A stretch of 64,000 nucleotides of DNA from the NCBI GenBank assembly GCA_025201805.1, contig MU619310.1, positions 86,124 through 150,123 on the forward strand, given 5' to 3'. How positions within the stretch are numbered: the stretch's first letter is position 1; each line of letters starts with the position of its first letter. This document shows positions 1-12,549 of the stretch, one piece after another. Below the pieces are notes generated by a model. That model was given only the letters and a program-made list of their open reading frames with translations. It searched no databases and was not told the origin of the DNA. Made by a program: the position numbers and the translations under genes. The DNA is from Parasitella parasitica NRRL 2501. Lineage: Eukaryota > Fungi > Mucoromycota.

Positions 1-26
1 GTATCTATGAGCAAGCGTTGCCATAG

Positions 27-1784
<1,758 letters not shown>

Positions 1785-3027
1785 ACGTAAAATGAAGAAG
1801 GAATCTCTCTCTCTTTTTGCCTTGCTGGAGATTGACGTTTCTTCCTTAATATATATATATTTTTTTTTTTATATGCTATCTTCTACATTAAAAAAATCAA
1901 CAAACTTGACTACTACATATCCCCTTATAATTAAATCCCTCGACTCCATAACGCATGTTTTGTTGTTTTGATTTGAACCCAAAAGCAAGCACCCTCTCAT
2001 TGAATGTCAATTTGACGGGGTTATTTGCATTTAAATCACATTTTAAGAAGCTTGGAGAAAAAAAGAAAAAAAAAAAAAGACTTTACATTGCCCAGTGGAA
2101 ATCAAGTAAATGCCTAAATAACCTTATGGATATTTACTTTTTCATCCATAGAAAGGCTTTTATTAGATAGCGCCAGCTTTTCGCTATGTTTTGCATGTTT
2201 GGCCTTGGTTCTAGTGTTCATTTATCTCGTTTTTTTTAGGCCCAAGTCTGTCGATCTTATCTCTACATCACCCTGATTAAACAGTGATAAAAGAGTATTT
2301 TTGCTTTTTAAAGACTTTTTTTTTTTCTCACACACTCTCTTATTGAAACCATATAAAAAGAAGCCATTTTTTCAATTGTTTTCTTTCAAGGAAAATGCTC
2401 AAGTCTGTTTAGCAGAAGTTATGAGCAAACGTCTCCTAATAATGAAAGTAAAAACAATTTTTGCGCATAGCTTTAGCTAGATACATCGCCGAATAAAATC
2501 CAAGTAATGCTCAAATAGCCCTGAGCATGGCGGCATTAATCAGACTTAAAACAGGTGTTATTTTGCTTTGTATCAAGACGTATATGCAATTATCTGTGAT
2601 TTTCATATGAAAATTGCTGATAACTTGTTTTTATTAAAAGTTGTTTGATCTAGTGTTGTTTCGACTTGAAGTTGGCTTTTACTACATAATTCCCTACAGT
2701 AAACAGGGTTATATAGTTGCATCAACTTAAAAGTACAAGTAAAGCTTGTGGTTATCGTCTTTGAGTCTGTTCGTTGCATTTTACTCAATCACCATAATCT
2801 TCATTGAAATATCTTCGAGAGACCAATGGCTAATTGATGTTAATTAACTATTTTCCTTTTTTTACGGTGTTAAATTGACTCATGCAAAATCATCATAAGA
2901 AGCTATGGCTTTGGAGGGTAGAGTGGAAGAGTGATTGCTGAAGAATTTCTGACGCAGGCTCTGGTTTTCTTGGCAATCTCTTCAATGATGGTATATTCTG
3001 CAGAATATCAACGAGGCAGAGTTTACT

Positions 3028-3029
<2 letters not shown>

Positions 3030-3087
<58 letters not shown>
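3030..3087. repeat. 58-nt poly(A)/poly(T) homopolymer
   Basis: Directly visible. On the minus strand it runs into TGCAG like a polypyrimidine tract. Confidence 0.9.
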
Positions 3088-3089
<2 letters not shown>

Positions 3090-3432
3090 CGTCGGTTATT
3101 ACCTAAACCTGCATCTGTTTGACCAAAAAGTTCAGTGGATTACCATAACTGATGTTGGCGTCTTCTATATGGTCGTATTGCTCGCCATTTGTGTTGGTGT
3201 CATTTTGCGTATGACCGATTTTATTAGCCTTTCGAGCGTGCAAGAAATTTCATCCAACATGGCAATCGATATATATTACTCAGGGGCGCTTTATATCCAT
3301 CGCGATCCCTTTATACGTTACTGCATACAGTGATAAATTAGCAAACAACTGATTCAGTTTAACTTTTGCGTGGAATTACAAATTAGTTTTATTTGGAACT
3401 GAGATTTAGATATTCCAAATGAAAGAATAGCT

Positions 3433-4059
3433 TTAATTGATGATGAGAGCAAGGCAAGCAGCGATAGCAAACATCAAAGCACCAGTGTAAGTCAAAGAAT
3501 TAGCATTGCTAGGAGACTGAGTGGTAGTGGCAGCTGAGCCTGTAGTAGAGCCAGAGGATGAGGACGAGCCGTCAGCGTTGATACACATGCTGTTATTCCA
3601 GTTGGGAACAATGTCAGCAAGAACAACATCAATACATTGGTATAATTCACCATCGCCGCCATTATAAACAATCTGGATAGTAGCATTGGCGCCAGCTTTA
3701 GCAGCAGAGTTCTTTGTCAGGTCAAGAGACAAACAGGCGGCTTGAGGATAGGAACGAGTGCCCGTGGCGACTGCAACATTAGCAGAGTTGTTTGAGAAAT
3801 CGGCAACGGCAGGCTCGTTCTCAACCAACAAGTTGATCATGTAAGAGTAAGACGTGTGGCCAGAGTTAATTTCAACAAAACCGTCATTCAAAGGAAATTG
3901 CGATCGTGTGCCAACAGAGTCGAAGCCGCCACAGGGAGCAGTAGGCTCCTTTGTCTCGTCGAAACCTCGAGAATTTGGATAGGACACAGTGTAATGAGCC
4001 AACACGCTTTGAACAGAAATCAATGCGACGATAAATGCGATACAGAGACGTTGAGACAT
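3433..4059 (-). CDS. Secreted GPI-anchored copper-binding protein, Bim1/X325 (LPMO-like histidine brace) family, 208 aa
   Basis: 21-aa signal peptide followed directly by His22 (HYTVSYPNSRG). Also PCGG, a second His68, NATIQIVYNGGDGELYQCID, a Ser/Thr stalk and a hydrophobic C-terminal GPI signal. Confidence 0.85.
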   Translation of the reverse strand: MSQRLCIAFIVALISVQSVLAHYTVSYPNSRGFDETKEPTAPCGGFDSVGTRSQFPLNDGFVEINSGHTSYSYMINLLVENEPAVADFSNNSANVAVATGTRSYPQAACLSLDLTKNSAAKAGANATIQIVYNGGDGELYQCIDVVLADIVPNWNNSMCINADGSSSSSGSTTGSAATTTQSPSNANSLTYTGALMFAIAACLALIIN

Positions 4060-4922
4060 GTTGGTGCAATGTAGAAAATTTCAGAGGAAAAAAGAAGGTG
4101 CGAGTACAGAAAAATACCTGGCTATCAGAAAATAAATGGCGCTAACTGGAAAATGATTGGCCGTTTGTTAGCAAATATAACTCATTTTTGCTGTACTTTG
4201 GGCTATGATTGGACAATAATTTGATACGTCGTACTTATTGCGATGCTCTTTTACCATGCGACTTCATCTCAATCTGACATTACTATCTATACATTGGGAT
4301 TCTATAAAGCAAGCTAAATGCAGAAAGAAAAAACAGATGATTTTGATTACTTTTTGTAAACAATTTATAAATCGAAATGTCACTTACCCAATAGTCAACA
4401 TCAAATATGCAGCCCAGCTTCGTAGTATTGATTGTTGTTGATTGTGTGCATCATGAAAGCAAATTGGCTGTTCAAGTGCTGATTAGTCCGCAAGACTGAC
4501 TGATCTGACACTTTTTGTTCTTAATCATCGACAGCAATAAAGCGTCTTTTGCGACCATTAAACGTAAATGACATAGATGACAAGTTATTATTAACAAGAT
4601 TGAATGTGAAAAATAGTAGTTGATATGTACTTTGTTTAATAGAATAAATCGAAAATGTGGAGGTTTACACATGATTTCTAACTTCAGGGCTTTAATAATA
4701 AACGAGATTTCCGGTTTGAATCGAACTGTACTCGAGATAAGATATTAACAAGTCAGGACTTTTTTTTTTTTTTTTCAATGTTAGTTGGATATGCGCAAAA
4801 ATAGTCAATATTCAGCGCATGGTTAATAATTTATATTCAAGGCCGAATGTGGATAAATGTTTTGTTTCTTTACTCGTCAGATGCCAATAGCGACATAACC
4901 ACAAGAGACTTTAGATGACGAG

Positions 4923-6022
4923 CTAGTCACCCCGCCCACTCTGGCGATTTTTACACCTTTGCTACACTACGGTAAAAGTTGACCTTCGTTTACGCGGCGT
5001 CCATCTCGCTCTGCGAGGCTGTCAGTCTCCAAAATAAATGAAAATTTATTGGATTTGTACGGTATAAGAGGAAATAGCCGATAAAGGAAGATTTCAGTAA
5101 AAACGACATTTTTCGTGCATTCAAGTGGAATTCGTTTTTGCTTCTCATCCTCAGATTGCTCTATCAGAACTTTTATAAAAGCCAGGAGTTTGGACTCTCG
5201 AAAGAGCAACGAATAATGGGCCATGAGGGAATACAGGCTTTGGAAGGTATAAACCCTCTTTTTGCAAAGTTTGTCAGTGGGCCTTGTTTACAGACATTGA
5301 AAAGGTAAGCGTTATGGGAAACTGATGTCTTTGGAAGTTGCTGGGGGGGACTCATTAAGCGAATTTAAAGAAATTTTCGGAATAAGGACCACATCACCAA
5401 TTTCCGAACCCGAGATGATTCTTGCAGATATAACAGTTGAGAGAAGGGCCTCGATAATCAATCTTGTGCCATTACAAAGACCGGTAAATGGGCTAATGTT
5501 TCTTAGCAGGGTTAAAGTTTCAGTAGATGAGGAGGAAGACCACCAACATCAATGTTGTTCATCATTTCTAGGAGACACTGCACTTGAGCTACCTCAGAAG
5601 GACATTTATCAGCGCTACGATATATGACTTCTTGGCCAGGAATTTGAGCAAGTATGATATCATTTATGGACATCGGCATTCATTGGTGTCATTACAACTG
5701 AGTTAGTGAGTATGTCTACCCAGGGACGGGATATCATATCAGCACCGACTGTACCCAAAAGAGAGAGTGTGCATTTCTTAAGAGAATACACGTTGGTACC
5801 AGGAATCACCATATCGAATGACATGGGAATATAATCGGTATCAGCAGCAGGAGCAAAATCATTGCCGTTAAACCTGAATCCTGGAACTTTACCATTACCA
5901 ACATACAAAAGATAATTGGCAAAAGTCTGCAGTTGATTAGCAAGCTCATCTGTACTCGTTGGCCTGTTATATCTTTCTTTCTCTACCATCCGCATGAAAG
6001 ATTATAGCTTGAGATTGGGAAG
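4923..6022 (-). mobile_element. Helitron relic: C-terminal PIF1-like helicase pseudogene plus candidate 3' terminus
   Basis: Minus-strand frames give FANYLLYVGNG, VVMTPMNADV, GGLPPHLLKL, LLRNISPFTGLCNGTRLI, QRHQFPITLTFSMSVNKAH*QTL, GLYLPKPVFPHGPLFVALSRV and TKNVVFTEI, with frameshifts and stops. A GC hairpin (4933-4946) lies 6 nt before CTAG (4926-4923). Confidence 0.9.
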
Positions 6023-6024
6023 TC

Positions 6025-7520
6025 TCAGAATTCACGCATTGTTGGCTTGCTGCTCATCTGCTATCTCATGGGCAATTTGGGACATGTCCATACGGATGCA
6101 TTTACCATTCCGTGGACGACGTTCCCGAATCCCTACATCAATCCCGCTTGGAATTTGATCACTCGCGTCTTACACAAGATTATCCAGGAACAGCTTCCTA
6201 TGATGACTCTGGTGGTACCCTTCTGGTCCAGCGCTCTCTGGTTTTCCCCTGGTTCAACGGTTGGCTCTGACGGATCCTTGGTTATTACCTCCTCAATCGG
6301 TACAGACGACATCTCTCCGGACCCAGCACCCTCTAATTCGCAAAATTGGATGCTATCCGTGCAGAAATTATCCGGGCAAAGATTATAAGGTCTGGTCTTA
6401 ATGAAGACGCTTCTACGGCGTTGATTAGTCAACAATTGGCAAATACAGCAACTACCAAACAATACCGATTAAATTAAATCCGTTCTCTAGAATGGGCTCA
6501 AACTAATCGCGTCTCATTTATTCAATTTTCTGGTTCTGATCTGGTGAATTTCTTGGCTTTCATGCATCAAACTCGTAATCTCCAAGTGTCTACTCTCAAA
6601 ACTGTTCGTGTAGCTGTTACTCCTTTTAATGATCACTCACGATCCATCAGTGAAGATCCTTTGGTGAACTCATATTTTGACGCTTTAACTCATCAAGCTC
6701 CACCTATAGAAATATATAAAGACACGGTTGACATGTCCCCATATATGGAATTTGCTCGACTGATCCCATCACGACGCAGTACTTTTATATTACAGCTTCA
6801 ACAGAAATTGGCTTTCTTGCTATCCATGGCGGCCTTTATGCGTCCTTCGGATCTGGCGCAGATTACTTTCGCGTCTTGTCAAGTCGACTCTATACTGGCT
6901 GCCTTAAAATTAAGGTGGTTGCTCCCAAAGAGAAACGCTAGAAACGTACAATCATCAAGCCCTTCACCATACACCCACATAATATGGATATTGAACTCCT
7001 GTCTGGTTCATTTATTTAGGGTTTTAAGACACCATCCAGGTCTCATGTTACGTCCTCAAGATTCTTTACTGTTCGTCAAAGTCTAACAACATCCGGAAAC
7101 CTTTGGCTGCTGCAACAATTTCTTCTTGGTTGCATAAACATTTTATTTCTAAATCTATAGCAGAATCTCGGCTGTCGATTCGGTCGTTGGCTTCCTCCAG
7201 TGCAATGGAGAGTGGGATTCAATTGGACGATTTGGTTACTCTAGGAAACTGGGCATCTTCAGATGCTTTAGCAAATCACTACCAACGTAATCACATGACT
7301 ACCATCGATTTTACTTCTACGACACTTTCGGCTTCTACTACTGAGGGATTCTTTGATGCTGCTGCTTCCTTTGAATGATTCTCTTTAGATCTCTGGATCA
7401 GCACTATAATAACATTTCCTATTTTGTTCGGACTGTCTCGAACAACTCGCAAGAGAATTTTCTCAACCAAGAATTGCAAATTAGACCTGAGGAACAAAAT
7501 AGGAAATGTTAGAGCCCACC
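6025..7520 (+). mobile_element. DIRS-type tyrosine-recombinase retrotransposon, 5'-truncated and degenerate (MT-like domain, YR, ICR-like region)
   Basis: DAFTIPW...YINPAWNLITRVLHKI...LVVPFW is the DIRS methyltransferase-like domain. LAFLLSMAAFMRPSDL and SIRSLASS...LGNWASSDALANHYQR are YR catalytic motifs. There are multiple frameshifts and an inverted-repeat structure at 7410-7511. Confidence 0.88.
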
Positions 7521-7664
7521 CTTCTTTACTTATTTTCTATTTCTTTACTTCTCTTTTTTATTCCGAGCGAAAACATGATTAATAGTTCTAGATATAATTC
7601 TTTATTTCTTTATATAATTTCTAAATTCGCTATTAATAAAGTTCAAGAAGATGTTGGCACTATA

Positions 7665-8824
7665 CAGTCGACGAAAAAAGGTTGGCCCAATAAAAAAAAA
7701 TAATAGGCCAGTTTGAAATGAAAATGGATCACCGATTTTGAAAATGGGTCAACCAATGAAAATGGGTCATAATTTGAAAATGGGTCACTAAGACGAAAAT
7801 GGTTCATTGTTTTGAAAATGGGTCACCCAGTACGAAAATGGGTCACCAATACAGAAATGTAATGAGGATTGGCCGAATTCTCTCTTCTTTTTCTCTTCTT
7901 GAATTTTTTCATATTGCTCGACATGAACGAAGAATACAATTTTGACAGTGAGACAGTACCTGTGATGATATACAATCATATATGGACTGGGAAGAAACTG
8001 CAGCAGTAAATGCAGCACAAAAAGAAGCTAAGAGGAAGACCAAACCTCACTCCAAGGAGCCCTTCCTTGATGTAGTGAAGAAGGAAAGGGGATCATACAT
8101 TACCAAGAACGAAGTAAAGGTAGTCAATTTGATCAATTTGTTGCAAGAGTTTGAGAATATGTCTATCAGTGAAGCGGGTAGAAAGGTAGGGCTCTCCAAG
8201 TCAACAGCTATTCGTAAAGTCAAGCAGTGGGATCAAATGACAAGCGAAATAGCTGAAAAAGGGTTCCCTGATTCTATCGCAATCAAAGAAGGAAAGGGAC
8301 GACCCACAATACTCAAAGACGAACATACTGTATTTATCTTTGAGCTGCTGGCTAATGAGCCAACATTGACAGTTGAAGCTGTTACAGACCACCTGTCAAA
8401 AGAATTTAGAGATATACAGATCACCCTTAGATCAGTGGAAAATCATATGAAGAAGAAGAAGTGTCGCCTAACCTACAAGCGTATCATTCCTAGATATTAT
8501 GGCAGGAACACGGATGAAACTGTTACCAAAAGACGAGATGCGGTAGCATACTGGGTTAACCAGAACATAGACTTTATGAATGAATGTGTATTCTTGGATG
8601 AAGCTGGCTTTAACAGGAGTATGCATCGCTCATATGGATGGTCTGAGGCTGGAACACCTTGCAAAATTGATGTTCAAACGAAGGGAGCAAATGTCAGCAT
8701 CTTGGGTGCTATTTGTAAAAGTGGTTTAATCACATTATCCAGAAAACAAGTTGTACTTGGTGCTAGGAGTGGAAAACGAACTCGAACTGGTGAGAAATCT
8801 CAGGCCCCCAAGAGGAAAGGTACT
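7665..8824 (+). mobile_element. Tc1/IS630-family DNA transposon copy 1, intact 5' TIR, 3'-truncated
   Basis: TA|CAGTCGACG terminus at 7665. The ORF from 7982 is identical to the 14213-15430 transposase up to KRKGT (about 8824), then runs into unrelated sequence. Confidence 0.93.
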
Positions 8825-9516
8825 TTCTGCTGCCTCTTCAAATTTAATAAAAATTCCAACCACGGCTATACAGCCGAACAAAGCAGAAATGAGACGAGTT
8901 CATGTGATAATGATGATGATAAAATAATACAGAAAGAATTCTTGATACTTAAAATAAAGATACTGTTGTATCTATGGTCAATATATCGAATATCTAATAG
9001 AATGATACTCAATGCTTGCATATTACAGATAAGTAAGAGTTTGTTGACACAGACTTCAACTTGTAATACATAAGATCTACAATCACTCGTTGTACATAGT
9101 CAAAAACTAAGATGGGACGACTTTGCAGAACAAAAACAATCAAGAAGTTTATAAAGAGTAGTATTATTCATCAAATAAAGACCACCTAATTTTTATAAAG
9201 TCCTGTCGTCATTTACCGACTCTTTTATTTAATCTTAAGATAAAACAGATACACGATGGCAACCAACAGCGGATAATCGACACCACAAAATGCAAAGCGG
9301 TATTTCCTGGTAGCAATACAATATGACCAATATAGTATGATCTTGTCTTCCAAATCATCTAGGCCTAATCTCAATTATGTTATGAAACCTAGATTGAGTC
9401 GTTTATCTACAGATACCAAGAAAAAAAGTGAGAAACAAGAGTTACCCGTTAACTGAAAATGTTAATCGGAAATTTGTTACCAAAGCAATCATTTTTCAGT
9501 TCGCACCGTGCAACCT

Positions 9517-9790
9517 TACTAGCCTAAGCATCTTGGACACGTAAAAGAACCTGTTACTAAGTTTCCCGCCTTCCAACTCATACTAAAGGCCGTCCTGCAA
9601 AGTACAGTCGCAATGGCGTTCTGTTGGTGAGTAACCAATATACTAGCCCAAAGCATCTTTTACACGTAAAAGAACCTGTTACTAAGTTTCCCGCCTTCCA
9701 ACTCATACTAAAGGCCGTCCTGCAAAGTACAGTCGCAATGGCGTTCTGTTGGTGAGCAGCCAACATACTAGTCCAAAGCATCCTTTACGC
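9517..9790. repeat. Tandem repeat, about 125-bp unit, about 2.2 copies
   Basis: Units start at TACTAG at 9517, 9641 and 9766. The cores are near-identical (GTAAAAGAACCTGTTACTAAGTTTCCCGCC...). Confidence 0.92.
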
Positions 9791-10525
9791 TTGCCCAAGA
9801 TGATAAAAAGAAGTGATCCTGTGATTTTAACCAAGGCATTTGAAAAAGGAAGATGAAAGGCATTATTAGGAATATATAAAAGCATAATAAATAAGTAGTT
9901 ATCTTACATTAGTATTGTCTTCGCTAGCGCTAATCATATAAATAGCCTTATTCATATCGACTTTCAGTCCATGTGCTTATCAATAACCGATTCCATCTAC
10001 CATTTTCATCTACTAAAGATTCAAGATTAAATAGATCATGGTTTACGTATTTCCAGTTATAAACAACTTCATCCTCTCCGTTTGAAAGTATTTTTTGTTA
10101 AAATACATAGTGCATCAAACCTGGATTGAAACAACAGTTTTTTTTTATGACGACAGGTGTCCTGATCATACTAGTAGCTAATTATAAAATACGCGTTTAA
10201 TACAGAATAAAAAGCATCTAATACAACTATTACCTTTCACTTTTACAGAATGAGGAAACCCACTGTGGTCAAAAACTATTCTTGTATTTCTTCATCTTCG
10301 TTTGCAACATTCTTTTGCTTAAATAACCATGTGAAATGCTTATCAGCAGTTTAAAAAAATTAAAAAAAAAATTCAGTGTACGTCACAAATATATTTAAGG
10401 CTGCGATTGAGTTTGCGGAAGTACGGTATTAGTAATAACGCGCATCTTAGTTTTTTTCTGTTGTTGATGGGCTATGTCTTCCAAGAGAAAAACGACGAAC
10501 TATTGCTGCTGATGCACAGTGGTGC

Positions 10526-12325
10526 ATGGACAACAGAAATATTCTTACCTGCAAGGTTTTTGTGGATAAACACAAATTACTAGATTCTCAATATTCTGTC
10601 GCCAGATACAAATCCATTATTTCTAAATATTTACCTCAAGAAAAAGATCGACTGATTCAGGACTATGATCATTGGAAACGTAGCAGTGACTACAAATTGT
10701 ATTGGTTGGAAAAATCACGTACCTCTGTACAGCTGGACACTCGTGTGGAGTGTTCCTCCTTTGCAGGAGACGTGTTACGCCAGGAAACCGCAGCCATTAC
10801 CACAAGCATCAATGATGATTATGCAAACATTGACCCAAACAACAACATGGGCATGGCTGCCTCTTCCTCTTTCTCTTCTTCAACAGCCATTCAGGATAAC
10901 GAGAGCATTCTATCAAGTCCTATACCCACAACTTCCTTAGCAACAACCCCACTTGATACTATTGCCACCATCACCACAGAAGGACCTCCTATACCCACAA
11001 CTTCCTCAGCAACAACCCCACTTGATACTATTGCCACCATCACCACAGAAGGACCTCCTATACCCACAACTTCCTCAGCAACAGCCCCACTTGATACTAT
11101 TGCCACCATCACCACAGAAGGACCTCCTTGTCTTCCTTGGTTGATTGGTGACTTTGACGTGGCTGATGCATTTTACCGGTACAGATGTCATGTGATACAA
11201 CAAGCAAACGATAGGCTTCTTCAAATTGAAAAATCTGTGCACGAATTGTTGTCTCTGTCTCATATCCTCTTGCTATGCCCCAATCAACACAGTGATACTA
11301 TGCTGCATTTTTTCGATTTAGCCCAACTCCAGAAACTACATTATTCCCTCCTGACAGAATCATTGAATGATAGCATCACATTGCCAGATGACATTTACTT
11401 GAAATTGGTCTATGCCGTCACTGATGTTGATGCCAAGGTCAAGACAAGAGGTCAAGTAGAATTGCTTTTGCTTACTATGGCTCAAGACTTGGATATTCGC
11501 CAGCAATCAGTAGTTTGGGGGATTACAGCTGCGTAAGTTGTGTGATTGAGATTTATGACAACATAGGATTAGATACTAATGGTAGATATTACATTTCTCA
11601 CAAGTATAGTTTGAAGAAACTGCCATTCACTGCCATCAAAGATAAAACAACTATTGGAGAGGGAGAACTTCTGACTACATACTTTGATCCCATCCTTGCT
11701 AACATTTTGGCCAACCCAGATGAAAATGTACTTCTACGTTGGGCAAACGTCACTTGTGATGCAACCGGAGATAAGAGACCAGATGCAACCATCAGCAAGC
11801 TTACGCAAATGTCTTTTGGACCAAGCCTTGGATTTGGCGAGGCAAAAGTGGCTCAACCAACATGCGATAAATACATGCTTTGCCTCGACTTGACACGTTT
11901 GGCCACTTTTTCAAAAGATACGATTGACGAAAACAAGTTGAACGCATCTTTATCATTCCAAATACATGGTAAGCAAAGGAAAATGGAAGAAAGAATAAAT
12001 ATGTAAAGAACCGCTTCATTTTCTTGTAATAGGCTTTAGCGTTACTTTTTTTATCACCCGTTTACGACACGATGGCATCTATATCATGCAAGAAATAGCC
12101 CATATGACGTTTCCGCGATCGATTGAAGAATTAGCCACTTTCATCAGCATGAAAAATTTGAAGATGCTGCTCAAAGTCACTGATGTATTTTGGCGATTAT
12201 GTAAACCATGCGACAACGAAGAGCTGATTAAAGCAAATGGTCGTGCCACACATCCTTCGTTGCACTCATTGATTGATATATCCAAAGATCGACGTCGTTT
12301 ATGTTCATTACGATTTGGATCATAA
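10526..12325 (+). CDS. Uncharacterised protein of about 552 aa with a C-terminal PD-(D/E)XK nuclease-like domain. Exons 10526-11532, 11610-11968, 12033-12325.
   Basis: Two canonical introns (GTAAGT...TAG, GTAAGC...TAG) join three ORFs in frame with no stops. Motif E-LLTTYFDP...KRPDATI-x(10)-GFGEAK...DLTRLATFSK...FQIHGFSVTFF. Confidence 0.8.
10919..11128 (+). repeat. Three 69-bp in-frame coding repeats (PIPTTSSATTPLDTIATITTEGP)
   Basis: Units at 10919, 10988 and 11057 differ by 1-2 nt. Confidence 0.95.
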
Positions 12326-12549
12326 TATCTTTTGGCTTCTTTTCCTTCATTATCCTCTCTATGTACTATCTCTCCCTCCCCTCCTTTTCCCTAAACTATG
12401 CATTATACTTGATAATTTGGAAGAAATATTTACCATGTATTTGGAGTAGGCTAGGGTTATACAATGGCACAAAAGTTAAAGAAAAAGAACGTGCCAAGTG
12501 ACAAGTGCTTTTCGCACCGTCAAAAAATATTTTTGGGGTGCAACACACA

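Noticed and set aside
2421-2430. Perfect Mac1-type TTTGCTCA site (minus strand)
   Set aside because: It lies about 1 kb downstream of the Bim1-like gene rather than in a promoter, and a single 8-mer is expected by chance.
2931-3122. Poly-lysine ORF
   Set aside because: It is an artefact of the 58-nt A run.
7982-9073. 363-aa ORF as a novel transposase fusion protein
   Set aside because: The tail after KRKGT is read-through into unrelated AT-rich DNA at a truncation point, and the second D and the E are missing.
9517-9790. Possible CRISPR-like array
   Set aside because: The units are contiguous near-identical 125-mers without unique spacers, the context is eukaryotic and there are no cas genes.
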